From contig JBLDXI010000009.1 of the NCBI GenBank assembly GCA_047495785.1, positions 4,402,001 through 4,466,000 on the forward strand: a stretch of DNA of 64,000 nt. Reading direction: 5' to 3'. Below, piece by piece: positions 36,550 through 48,430 of this stretch. The notes beneath the pieces were generated by a model that worked only from the letters and a program-made list of their open reading frames with translations, ran no database searches and was not told the DNA's origin. The translations under genes and the position numbers were made by a program. Positions within the stretch are counted from its first letter, which is position 1. The number at the start of each line of letters is the position of its first letter. This DNA comes from Lepidodermella squamata. Its lineage: Eukaryota > Animalia > Gastrotricha.

Positions 36550-36835
36550 TATAATTCATAGTCATAGAGCTTGAAAATCACAGACTTGCAATAATTATCC
36601 TTTATTTTTGTCATAGAACTCTGCATGCAAATGGATATTTAGTCGAAATTATACTGGGTATATAAGTATCATCAAGCAGTTTTTCCAAGGCACGTAGCAA
36701 GAAAACCAAAATCTCCAGGTAATAAATTCTATTTTAAACAGTTTAATTTCTTCAGAAAAACTGTGAAAATTTAGATTTTATTTGTGCCGTGTCTCAAATA
36801 ATTTGGTCACAGTTATAGTATCAACGCTCGTAAAT

Positions 36836-37246
36836 TCATTCTTGATGATGATGGTGATGAAACAGACGGCGAGGTTCGATTTTGGCGCGTTGAACGTACC
36901 GCTTTCGTGGACACTTGCCGCCGCAACACGGACACGCGTGCCGGTCACGCTTCAGTGAACACGCGTTCAATTCTTCACGCTTCAGCGGTTTTCGGCGGCG
37001 ATTTTCAGGCCCATCAGCATCATTTTCCCGACAAGCATCAGGCTGGTTCGAGCTGATGAAGAACTGGTCATTGCTAGCCGGCTGGATTTGTTGTTGTTGT
37101 TGCTGTTTTGGCGTCGTCGGACAGCCGGCGTTTTCGACCGAATGCTGGCGGCATTTGAAGTAGACACGAACCAGTGAACCGCAACGCGAATTTTCGCCCG
37201 AGCTCGTCGGCGTTGTAGGTCGGCTTTCTTCGTTTTGCTCAGCCAT
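36836..37246 (-). CDS. Small Cys-knuckle/RxLF family protein, copy 9 (subfamily A, 136 aa)
   Basis: RPTTPT, RVYFKC, LKRE/LKRD, CPCCGGKCPRKRYV, IEPRRLFHHHHH. Confidence 0.8.
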   Translation of the reverse strand: MAEQNEESRPTTPTSSGENSRCGSLVRVYFKCRQHSVENAGCPTTPKQQQQQQIQPASNDQFFISSNQPDACRENDADGPENRRRKPLKREELNACSLKRDRHACPCCGGKCPRKRYVQRAKIEPRRLFHHHHHQE

Positions 37247-37994
37247 TGCCCAACTTATTGAAAAACAAAATTACATAAAGGGTCAAAAATGTGTTATAAA
37301 CCTGTCCGAAAATGAAGCTTACATTTCACCCCTGCCTAAAAAGTTCGCTACATTGAATGACAAAATGGAGAGTTGAATAATTTTGGAAGAAATAAAAAAT
37401 AAATGCAATTGAAAGTGAACGAGATTTCGAATGCGGAATTTCAACTGGAAAATGTTGCTAAAATTCGTTAATTCCAGCCACATGCTGAAACTTTGTGTTA
37501 CGAAATAATCATGTCAACATTTTAATTACGGGGATGAGTGAGGGATTGTCTGTAACTAGGTCAAAAAAAGCGCGTAAAAAAAGCTGATGACCCGGTTAAA
37601 TTTCGTGAAAAAAAAATATTTTTGTAATTTTTAACCTCGAAAAATTTATGGCCTGACAAAAATCCGTATGCCGCCATCTTCAACTGAAGGTCAGCCTCGC
37701 CACGCTCCACTGAAGCCTGGGTGATGCGAGCCAGTGATGCGGAAATTTCGCCACATACTTCGTAAAGCTATTATTGCCGGATAATTCTGTCCATTTTCAA
37801 CCCTACGCCATTTTTTCCAAAACTTTGAAAACAAAAGGAATAAAGAGTTTAAAAATCTCGCAGAAAAAGCGCAGAAACTGAATCCAAAAGTGAACTTTCC
37901 AACTTTCAAAATACCGGCAATCACTTTAAATGAAAATCGAAATTACGGTTTATGGCTTGGTCATTGCGGGTAATGGGGGACATAGCCCTCAAAA

Positions 37995-38044
37995 TCAGAC
38001 GCAAATTGTCTGATCCACCACGTAACACAGAAACCGAACAATGG
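37995..38044. promoter_or_regulatory. Conserved upstream module of the small-gene family
   Basis: tcagacgcaaattgtctgatccaccacgtaacacagaaaccgaacaatgg, about 770 bp upstream of the copy 9 ATG. Confidence 0.5.
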
Positions 38045-38317
38045 AATGTCCCCAGGTTTTCCCAGGTTTTGTCTTATTTTTGGAATTGAAAAGGACAAAA
38101 ATTGTGCTGGCATTTTTCATTATTTTACGTCGAAGAGAGCATATCATAATACGTAGCGATTCAAAAACCTTTTTACGAAATAATTTTATCATTCAGAATT
38201 TTAGGCAGATTTTTCACTGATATTTTTCCACGTCGTAGTATTTTATATTTTTTAGGTACATTTCACAGCGCTAACAGAGCCTTCTTACAAATATTTATCA
38301 GAAATTATAGCAAAAAT

Positions 38318-38782
38318 TCAATTTTTTGCATTATATTTTCCGCCGGATCCATTGACGTGTTGATTTTCATAAAACAGCCGGCGCGGAACAACCGGCTTGG
38401 CGGCGATTCGCCGGCGCCGCGGGCAGTCGCCGCCGCAGAACGGGCACACGCGCTTCTCGTGGCAGGCTGGGCACGTGTTGTGGCCGCCCGGGTTGCGGTA
38501 CTGGTACGGCTCGTCTCGCTTCACGGCATTTGCTCGGGCCTTGGCGGTGGCGAGGGCGCGCGCCTCGCACGGGTTCTCGCTGAGTGTGAGGCGCCGGGTG
38601 GCGCCGGGCGATGATGAGTCATCACGCGGCGGGTGGCGGCACGTGAAGTGCAGCTTTTCTGCAACGCTGGCTATTCCGTGAAAGATTTTACCGTTAACCG
38701 CCGCGTTCGAACTCGTTGGTGTGCCCATGTTTGTTGAATTCGGGCCATTGCTACCGGATCCTCGCCTTGAGTTATAGGCCAT
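38318..38782 (-). CDS. Small Cys-knuckle/RxLF family protein, copy 10 (subfamily C, 154 aa)
   Basis: Paralog of copy 6: GTPT, KLHFTC, RLTLSENPCEARA, KRDEPYQYRNP, CPFCGGDCPRRRRI, VVPRRLF. Confidence 0.8.
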   Translation of the reverse strand: MAYNSRRGSGSNGPNSTNMGTPTSSNAAVNGKIFHGIASVAEKLHFTCRHPPRDDSSSPGATRRLTLSENPCEARALATAKARANAVKRDEPYQYRNPGGHNTCPACHEKRVCPFCGGDCPRRRRIAAKPVVPRRLFYENQHVNGSGGKYNAKN

Positions 38783-38874
38783 TTTTATTTAGCAACATTT
38801 CAAAAAAATATAATTTGTTTATTAGACACGAGATCAATTATTGTCATCACGCAGCTAAAGGGACATGGAGTAAA

Positions 38875-39633
38875 CATTATAGTCCGGATCTGTCGAGTAG
38901 ATGAATCATAACAAGTTTTTTTTCTACGCTGCAAAAATGTATTGCTATTATTTTTTGTATTGCGTCGTTCGGTCAATCGGTCACTCCGTCAGTTGGTCAT
39001 TTTTTGCAGCCCTGGGTTCGATCGTTCGTGATAGTTCAACGGCTGTTTTTTTACGATTACAGGCCCATACAGTAATAAAACACTATGACCTACTAAGCAC
39101 TTAGGTGGTTAAAACTACAAATGAAAATTTTGCGAGTTGGAAGTATTTCATTTGAGTAGGAAAATTACGATGAGGGAAATGCTCAAAGTATGACGAAATA
39201 TCCGATTGTTTTAGGTTGCATTCACGTTGGTATAAGTCGGATACGCTTCATTTCAACCGGCAATTGTAGATTCCACTGATTTCTGCTCTCAACGCCGTTA
39301 CGGATTCATTAATTATGTGAATCGCCCAATTTTTCCTCACACCATTAAAATGTATCCTCGATAACATCCGTTGATAATTACTTGTGTGCAGTAATATTTT
39401 AAGCACCTAAGTGCTTGGCGGTCATAGTGTTGAGTACGGTATAAGCATGTACTCGTAAAAATGCCAGCCGTTGAACCATCACGAACGATCGAACCCAGGG
39501 CTGCAAAAAATGACCAACTGACGGAGTGACCGATTGACCGAACGACGTAATACATAAAATAATAGCAATAAATTTTGCAGCGTAGAAAAAAACTTGTTAT
39601 GATTCATCTACTCGACAGATCCGGACTATAATG
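38875..39633. mobile_element. Foldback/MITE element with ~235-bp terminal inverted repeats
   Basis: CATTATAGTCCGGATCTGTCGAGTAGATGAATC... (38875-39113) mirrored at 39397-39633; AAA on both flanks. Confidence 0.75.
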
Positions 39634-40204
39634 AAAGAGTAACAAAAAAGGACTCTCTTAGATAAACTTAAGTTGCGTCAATGATTATATTCTAGTTTGG
39701 TGACACGGGAGATTCCCACAAAATTCCCACTCGCCCAACATTTTCGCCCAACCGCGCACTCGCCCAACCAATTCGGACAAAAACGCGTTTTTCGGGCTTC
39801 GTTTTTCGAGGTGAAAATTTTTTTTGACGGGCTTTATGTCAATTAAAGTTAATCGTCGTATTTCTGGCGAGGAATTCTCTACAACGTAGGCCAGAAAATT
39901 GAAAAGGTTGCAATTTGATTGAACGTTGAGTGATATCTAGCAAAACTGCAACCTGTGCACAGTGGGTTTTCCTAAAAGGTTCCTCGCGAGACGAATAATA
40001 GGTAATAAGACAGTATAATATATACGCAACCCTTTATTCACTCAGTAGATAAGCTTATTTTGCCTGGGTTCCTCGCTCATCATCTACTAAGCAATCCAGA
40101 AGGCTACAAGACAGTCACGCCAAGAGCTTATTCAATCAATTCGAGTGCAGGAAAGCCAGATGACGTTAGTGGCTATTGGTGTGATTGCGCCTTTCTCCCA
40201 TCAC

Positions 40205-40518
40205 TCAGATTCCGAAGGTTCCCATAATACTGCGAAATATTGACTTTCCAACCTTGCCCGAATCTGACCCTTGCCCAGCCAGATCAAAAATTGACGAGCC
40301 GGCTTTATTGGCTTTAGTGCTTGTCTTTTTGCCAATAGATTCAGATATTATTTTGGTTGTCGTGGTTGGTTTGGTGGTTGTAGCTGCCTTTTTGGTTGTC
40401 GCGGCTTTACAGCTTACAGCTACAGCAGCCTGTTTCGCGAAACATATTTGAGGAGGCTGCATTTATACGCGTCATCGAAACTTACCACTACTAAGATGGT
40501 TAGCAGGAGCTTGTTCAT
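40205..40518 (-). CDS. Small secreted Thr/Lys-rich protein, copy A (exons 40518-40486, 40429-40205)
   Basis: MNKLLLTILVV, 56-nt GTAAGT..CAG intron, AAVAVSC (signal peptide), TK-rich stalk, amphipathic end KVGKSIFRSIMGTFGI*. Confidence 0.7.
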
Positions 40519-41385
40519 TATTAGAGCTGGAAAAGACTTGTTGGATGAATTAAACGATTGTTGAAAAGTGAATTTTTCGGTGGTTGCTGCGGGTATTTAT
40601 GGGCACCTACCATCGGAGGGTGGGCATCTGGCATCTGATCTAACAAAGATCCAAGAGAAAAACACGTGAAACCGAGCGCCAGGGCTTGAATTTATCTAAC
40701 GGAAAGATGATTCGAGGCATTTTGACGCAATGATGGCGCCGCTATAGCAAAAAGATGAAAACATAGGATAACAACAGCATTATAAGTCTAAGTCAATAGA
40801 TAAGGAGTTTTTACCTTTGTCAAAGCGCTCATTTTTGACAATTTTTATGATGTGTTCGTCTTTTAACCATAGTTCAAAGTCCATTTTTACCCAAAGAAGT
40901 GCAAATACAGGTCGCTTACTAACGATATTTCACTAACAGTTATCGTTATCAAAGTTATAGTTACGAGCAAGTTAAAAGAGGTGCCCGCGAAAGTTGGTTA
41001 AGCCGCTGCTCAAAAGCCGGCATAATCGAGAACGTCCGTGCTTCTTCTTGGTCTTCCTCCAGCCGAAGGCCCTTCAAAGGCCTTCTCAACAGATTACCCG
41101 ACGGCTACTTTGAAGAGCCGCCACTTCCCCACACGGAGAATATTGACTTTATCTCGATATCCTTCAGCTTGTCCTGTGCCGATTTTGTGAGCACCCTTTA
41201 AGACGAGCCACTGCCCATCGAAGAAGCGCTTACCATTATCAGACGTCGATCAGGGCATCGATTGTCAATTATAAACGAGTTTCCATCCGGCTTCCTGCGC
41301 ATTCTTAGTCTTTATTTTATGAGATTCATGGATCGCAAACAAAGTTGATATCATGGTCTCTTCTAAAGGTAAAAGTATGCAAAAG

Positions 41386-42657
41386 TCATCCTTTGAATTC
41401 ATGCATCGATATGACAGAAATTGATTTGTGTCGAGGAGCGGCCCATTTGCCGCTGGTTCGGCTAATTTCCTCTGGAAGGAACCTCACCGTACGAGTGATA
41501 TTGCTAACGCTCGTTGTTCGGCTGTCCAGCTGCTGATCAACGTCCTCGATATCTTCACCATCCTCAACTTGGCCTGAATTCAAGATCATTTCGCAGCAAA
41601 ATACATCGGAAATCGACGCGAAAAACTGTTCGATAAGATTTCGGTAGATTTCTAGCAGAGCGCTCGCGAAAAATACGCCGAAAAATAGCCAGAAAACCAC
41701 AAAGAGTCGATACAGGACGAATTCCTCTTCTTCGCTGTAATTTGATCCGCGATTCATAGTCGCGATTTTGTCTCCAAATCCTGGGGAAACATTTTCAGGG
41801 CAACTCTTTCATTTTTTCGTTAATTTTTTACCTATTTTACTCAAGCTGATAAAGCTGTAGTAAAGAGAGTCTTCATAACCCCAATTTTCCATATATGAAA
41901 AGAGCCCAGAAGGAGCGAACAGGAACAGCGCATAACCCAAAGCGAAAATGCCAACAGAGACCCAATTGAAAGGAAGTCGATTGATGCTACAAATCTTAGT
42001 AGTAAAATGTATCAATCCAAGGCGTAAATGTTCGATGGTAATTAGGAACAAGGGAAATCCTAGCATGGCGTAAATCACACTAACAACTTTCCCAGGCTCA
42101 GTTTCAGGACATAGACTACCATATCCTATAGTTGAGACTAATGTCAAACTGTAGAGTAAAGACCCGGTCAAATCCCATCTCGGGGTTCTACCCATAATTT
42201 CCCAATTAATCTTAACCTCATCAGATAGGAATTGTAATACAAAGGCACCCATTTGGTCCTGAGCGCAATTTTTTCGAATGAAATGCAGTACGGCTTTCGA
42301 TGCATTTAAGGGGTCTACAAAAAGTCCGATCACCGTCACTCCGTCAAGATTAGAGTCCAGTCGCTCCGAGCTAATCAATCGCCACCATTTGTTATTGAGA
42401 GGTTTTAGGAGTAAGGATAGACTTTCGACGTTTTGAGGCGCTTGTCTGACGAGGCTTTGCTCGGCTTTAGTGCGCTGCAGTGCTCGTAGCGCTGAGGCGT
42501 AGTCCCTTCGAGCCTTGGCGACGGCCTTTTCTTCATTGGGTGATTCGATTGCGTTGAAAATGAACATTCCAATAAGGAGATAAACTGCGAGAGCTAGAAT
42601 GGCTATGCACCGGTAGTGTAAGCAACATGCTGAGGTTGAAGTCTGGCAACACGGCAT
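41386..42657 (-). CDS. Two-pore-domain K+ channel (K2P/KCNK) A; exons 42657-41832, 41780-41386
   Basis: M1 YLLIG..IF.AIESPNE, P1 STIGYG, P2 SKIG|FGD split by a 51-nt intron, M4 YRLFVVFWLFFG. Confidence 0.85.
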
Positions 42658-42890
42658 TTTCACGAAAAAATTGTTTGAAAATTTGCAAAGGTGCAAGTTC
42701 AATAAAAGAATACTGTACTGCAAGACTGGACCGGAAATCGGTTGGCGGAAATTATGTCCCAGGCTGGTCTCGATATTACAAGGCGAACAGGAAGGTAGGT
42801 AAATAGGACTAAATGCCTACTTTTCCGGTGCTTGTTCCTCAATTCAAAGAGAGCTGAAAATGGGAAATATTACATCATCTGGTGTAAAAA

Positions 42891-42970
42891 AGCGCTGCCA
42901 GGATTTGAACCTACACGCGCGGAGACCGCATCTGATTTCTAGTCGGACCCCTTTTCCCGCTATTTGCAAT
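42891..42970 (-). pseudogene. Degenerate tRNA-Ser(AGA)-like sequence (tRNA pseudogene or SINE head)
   Basis: Minus strand TCCGA-CTAGAAA-TCAGA anticodon arm, long variable arm GCGGTCTCCGC, T-arm GGTTCAAATCC; D arm and acceptor stem are degraded. Confidence 0.4.
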
Positions 42971-43374
42971 ATTTTTTTGAAATATACATCAATCCTTCAG
43001 AGGAATACACTTAAATGGGAAGTTGAGAAATAATAACAAAGAAACAATTTTAGATTTCGTTTGCACGAGCACCTTCAAGAAAAATCCCGCGCAATCCTTT
43101 ATTTAATGAAACACGCCTAATATTTTTTTAAGTTGACAGGTCGTAAGCCTTGTGATGATGTCTGATACCAAATGCTAAATGTCGAAAGGCAACGAAAGGC
43201 GTAAGTAAAGAGTATGAGAATGAGTATGCGCTATTCAGAAAAGTTAACATCCTCGCTCATCCAGAAGGCTATAAGAGAGTGACAACAAAAGCTTATTAGA
43301 ATAATTTGAGTTCAGGGGAACCAGATAACTTGATTAGCTATTGGTGTGGTTGGGCCTTCAACTCGTCCTCTTGC

Positions 43375-43723
43375 TCACCCGCCGAAGATGCCAAAAACGC
43401 TCTCAAATATTCCCTTTCCAACCTTGCTCGATTCTGACCCTTGGCCAGCCTGGCTGGTTTTATTGCCATTTGTGCTTGGCTTTTTGCCAATGCCAATAGA
43501 GCGAAATGTTGTTGTGGTTGCTTTGGTTGTTGTGGTTGGTGCTTTGGTTGTCGCGATTGATTTTTTGGTGGTAGCGGCTCCGCGAGCTGCCTCCATGTTT
43601 ATAGCTTGAGTCGCCAATACAGCTACAGCACCCTGTTTCGCAAAACACATTTGAGGAGGCTGCTTCAAAAGCATTATCGTAATAACTTACCACTACGAAG
43701 ATGGTTAGCAGGAGCTTGTTCAT
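43375..43723 (-). CDS. Small secreted Thr/Lys-rich protein, copy B (exons 43723-43691, 43632-43375)
   Basis: MNKLLLTIFVV, 58-nt intron, GAVAVLA; same layout as copy A, ends KVGKGIFESVFGIFGG*. Confidence 0.7.
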
Positions 43724-44534
43724 TTTTAGAGCTGGAAATGACTGATTAGATGAATTGAACGATTGTTGAAAAGTGAATTTTTCGCTGGTTGCTGCAGGTA
43801 TTTATGGGCACCTACCATCGGGGGGTGGGCATCTGAGCTAACAACGATTTAGCCTGGCTTTTACATCCACTTCATAATATCTAACGGAATGAGGATTCGA
43901 GACGTTTCGATGCGATGATAACAGCGCTTTTCATTGATGAAAACACAAGATACCAACAGCGGTAGGTTCAAGTAAATAGAGGGCGCTTTTTGCTAGCTGC
44001 CAAAGGACTCGTTTTTGACAATGCTTATGATGGGTGTTCGTCTTAAAGTTGAAAAGCACTAATTCACTGTAAATTTATGTTTCGCTATCAAATTATAGTC
44101 GCGAGCATAAAAGAGACACTCGAAAAATGGTTAAGCCGCTGCTCAAATTTTATCTTGTGTTAGAGTCAGGTAAGAGAATCGAAAGCTTCTATGAATGCAT
44201 TATGGGACCCGGGGCTTCTTCTGGCCTCATTCCAGGCAATTACCTCTTCAACAGATTGAGCGACAGCTATTTTTAAAAACCGCCGACTTTCCACACGGAG
44301 AATTTTGACCATAATTCGATATCATTCAGCTTACCAGGCGAGCAATTGCCAATTATGGGTTCTCAGCTGATCAGTGCTCGAGTTTCAAAGTAATTATACT
44401 GGGTTGGCCAAAAGAGCTATACAGTAAATAATATATTGCCATAATTGAGAACAAAGCCCATAGTTCATGACCAAAGTAGTAACCAAACTTTTAATACTCA
44501 GCGGTATATTCAAGTATCATCATATTCGGCAAGT

Positions 44535-46211
<1,677 letters not shown>

Positions 46212-46728
46212 TCAAAAAGCATGAGCAACAGTTCACAATTCCAATCGCTATTCGGTGAACAAAGGCAGAAATAGCATGTGCAACAAGATTACGATACGTT
46301 CTTCATCGATTTTAAGACAGCTAATTAAACACTAAGCGGCGCGAGTCATTTGTGCAGACTATTATACGGCGTACCAGAGCTCGGTGAGGCGAGTTTTAAT
46401 CTCGAGAAGAAAAGTAGATAGAATAGTACGTACGACTTGTTTTCATTACTTTGCTCACTTCTTTCCGCTCAAAAAGCAGTAGGAAGCGAACAGTATGGAT
46501 TTTTAGGAAATTGAAATTATATAGCGTGCATTTCGCAGTCTGATTATCGCTCTTTTTTCTTTCATTTCGTCGCTGGCTTTCACAGGCCAGAAATGGCCCC
46601 GGAAACAGCCGGGCCCTTTTTCTAAACATACTCGATGAAAAAAAACGAATCTTTTATTACTATAGATGCCTGAGATGAATAGCTAAAGCGTAAAATAATT
46701 TGATAAAAATGCTAGAGATTTTCAAGTC

Positions 46729-48430
46729 TCATTCCTTAGAAGAGCTGCTGCCGTTTTCTGGACGCACTGACCTATTTTTGTTATCTTGCTGCTTCTTCTT
46801 GTCACAGAGCAGGTCTTTGTCGATAATTTCCAGCAAATTGATCGTATTGGGCTTTTCTTCATCTGGCTCGTCAATTTCGCCTGGATTTTCTTGTTGGCTC
46901 CTAGCACGAATGCTTTTTCGTGTAGCTATCCTCCGTTTCCAATGAATTCGTTCGATAAGGCGTTCAACCAAGGTCTGCATAATTTGAATGAGAGTCGCGA
47001 CGAACGCAATGCCAAAAAACAGCCAGGTGCATAAGAACAGACGGTAAAGGCCGTATGAAAGGCCGCTTGTACCGCCACTTCTTTGCCCAGCAATCAAATC
47101 ACCGAATCCTGAAAAAGGATCAATTGAAATTTTTTTTGGAATATACTTAACTCTGAATTTAATTACCAATCGTTGTAAGGCTAATGAATGAAAAGTACAA
47201 GGCCGAAAGGTAGTCCCAATCTTCAGTAGAAGCGAAGAAAATTGACGGCAGAAATATGAATAAGCAGCATCCGACAAGGGCTACAACGCTAGTTGCAACT
47301 CGAATTTCAGCACGCCTCAACGCCTCTTCATGCCGTTCTGACATGGAAACAGATCGATGCACTTTATTCAACGGATTTCTCACAATATTTGGCGCAATTT
47401 CCGCAGATCTTTCGATGATAGTCGAAGAATGCCGTTGAAAGAACCTGGCAAGAGTGTAGAATAGTTTGTGCAGCTTGCACGCATACCGCGTCAACATTCC
47501 CCTCATCTGAGCTACAACGACCAGAAACAACGGAATTCCTATCATTGCGTAAAACACGCAAATGAATTTCCCGAAATTCGTCGCCGGTGATAAATTGCCG
47601 TAGCCGATTGTTGTTACAACAGCCAGGCAAAAGAAGAGCGAACCAGGCAAATCCCACTTCAAATTCTCCTTTTTCGCAGTATCGTTGAAATCTGCGCATG
47701 AATCACTGTGCTTAGTCATTCCACCGTGTTCGCCGCTCTTCAATAGCTGGACTTTGGTTCGATTCGTGAAAAATACAGTGAGAGTCAGTAGCTGCCTGCT
47801 TTGCCCCTCATCTGATACGACAGGTCTTCCAGCTTTAACTCCTAGAACGTCGATTTCCTTGCTGCCGTAGTAAAAGAGCTTGTTAAATGAGCGAATTAGG
47901 ATTTCGTTGTAGTTGAGGTAGGATGGATCTTCTGAGGAGTTGCCTTTTGACGAGTTGATAATCGGCTCTTCAACCAAAGGACCGGCAGTGAGATCGATAA
48001 TGAAAGTTTGCTCCTCGACGTGAGGTCCGAAACGAGAGTTGACCCAAGCCGAATTGTCGAGATCTTCACTAGACCGAACATTGGCGATTTTTATGCTCTT
48101 AGTCTCAGCAGCCAATCTATGCCGGTATAATTCAGCCGGTGATTCGATAACGTAAAACAGAAGCATTCCGAAGATCAGCCAAACAAAAAGGCAGGCGAAG
48201 GGTGTGCAAAACCGGAGTAATGTCTCGCGATTCCACTTAGGCCAATAGTTATCGAACTGCAGTTTACCTTGGTCGAGCACGACTTGCTTAGCATGTTTCA
48301 TGCCATCTTTGGACTTGTCGATTTTCGAACTTATTTGTTCGGATAGGGCGCGTGACTTGCTATGGATTGACGTAGCTAGTGAACCCATACGGTACCCGGT
48401 CGCAGCTGCATGTTGCTCCTCGTCCATCAT
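46729..48430 (-). CDS. K2P channel C; exons 48430-47167, 47108-46729
   Basis: P1 [11 protein letters not shown]2 TTIG|FGD split by a 58-nt intron, M4 YRLFLCTWLFFG. Confidence 0.9.

Noticed and set aside
6132-38782. Small family as neuropeptide precursors (KR sites, RxLF ends)
   Set aside because: No signal peptides, and no consistent amidation Gly plus basic site after the motif.
6132-38782. Small family as Cip/Kip (p21/p27) orthologs or DnaJ zinc fingers
   Set aside because: RxLF is C-terminal and is not followed by the Cip/Kip CDK-binding segment (W.FDF); there is one knuckle, no CxxCxGxG repeats and no J domain.
40990-41200. Coding-like segment shared with 44130-44340 (NRL.D.YF..PP..HTEN)
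   Set aside because: No start codon or clear splice structure, and stops in the second copy; explained by the segmental duplication.
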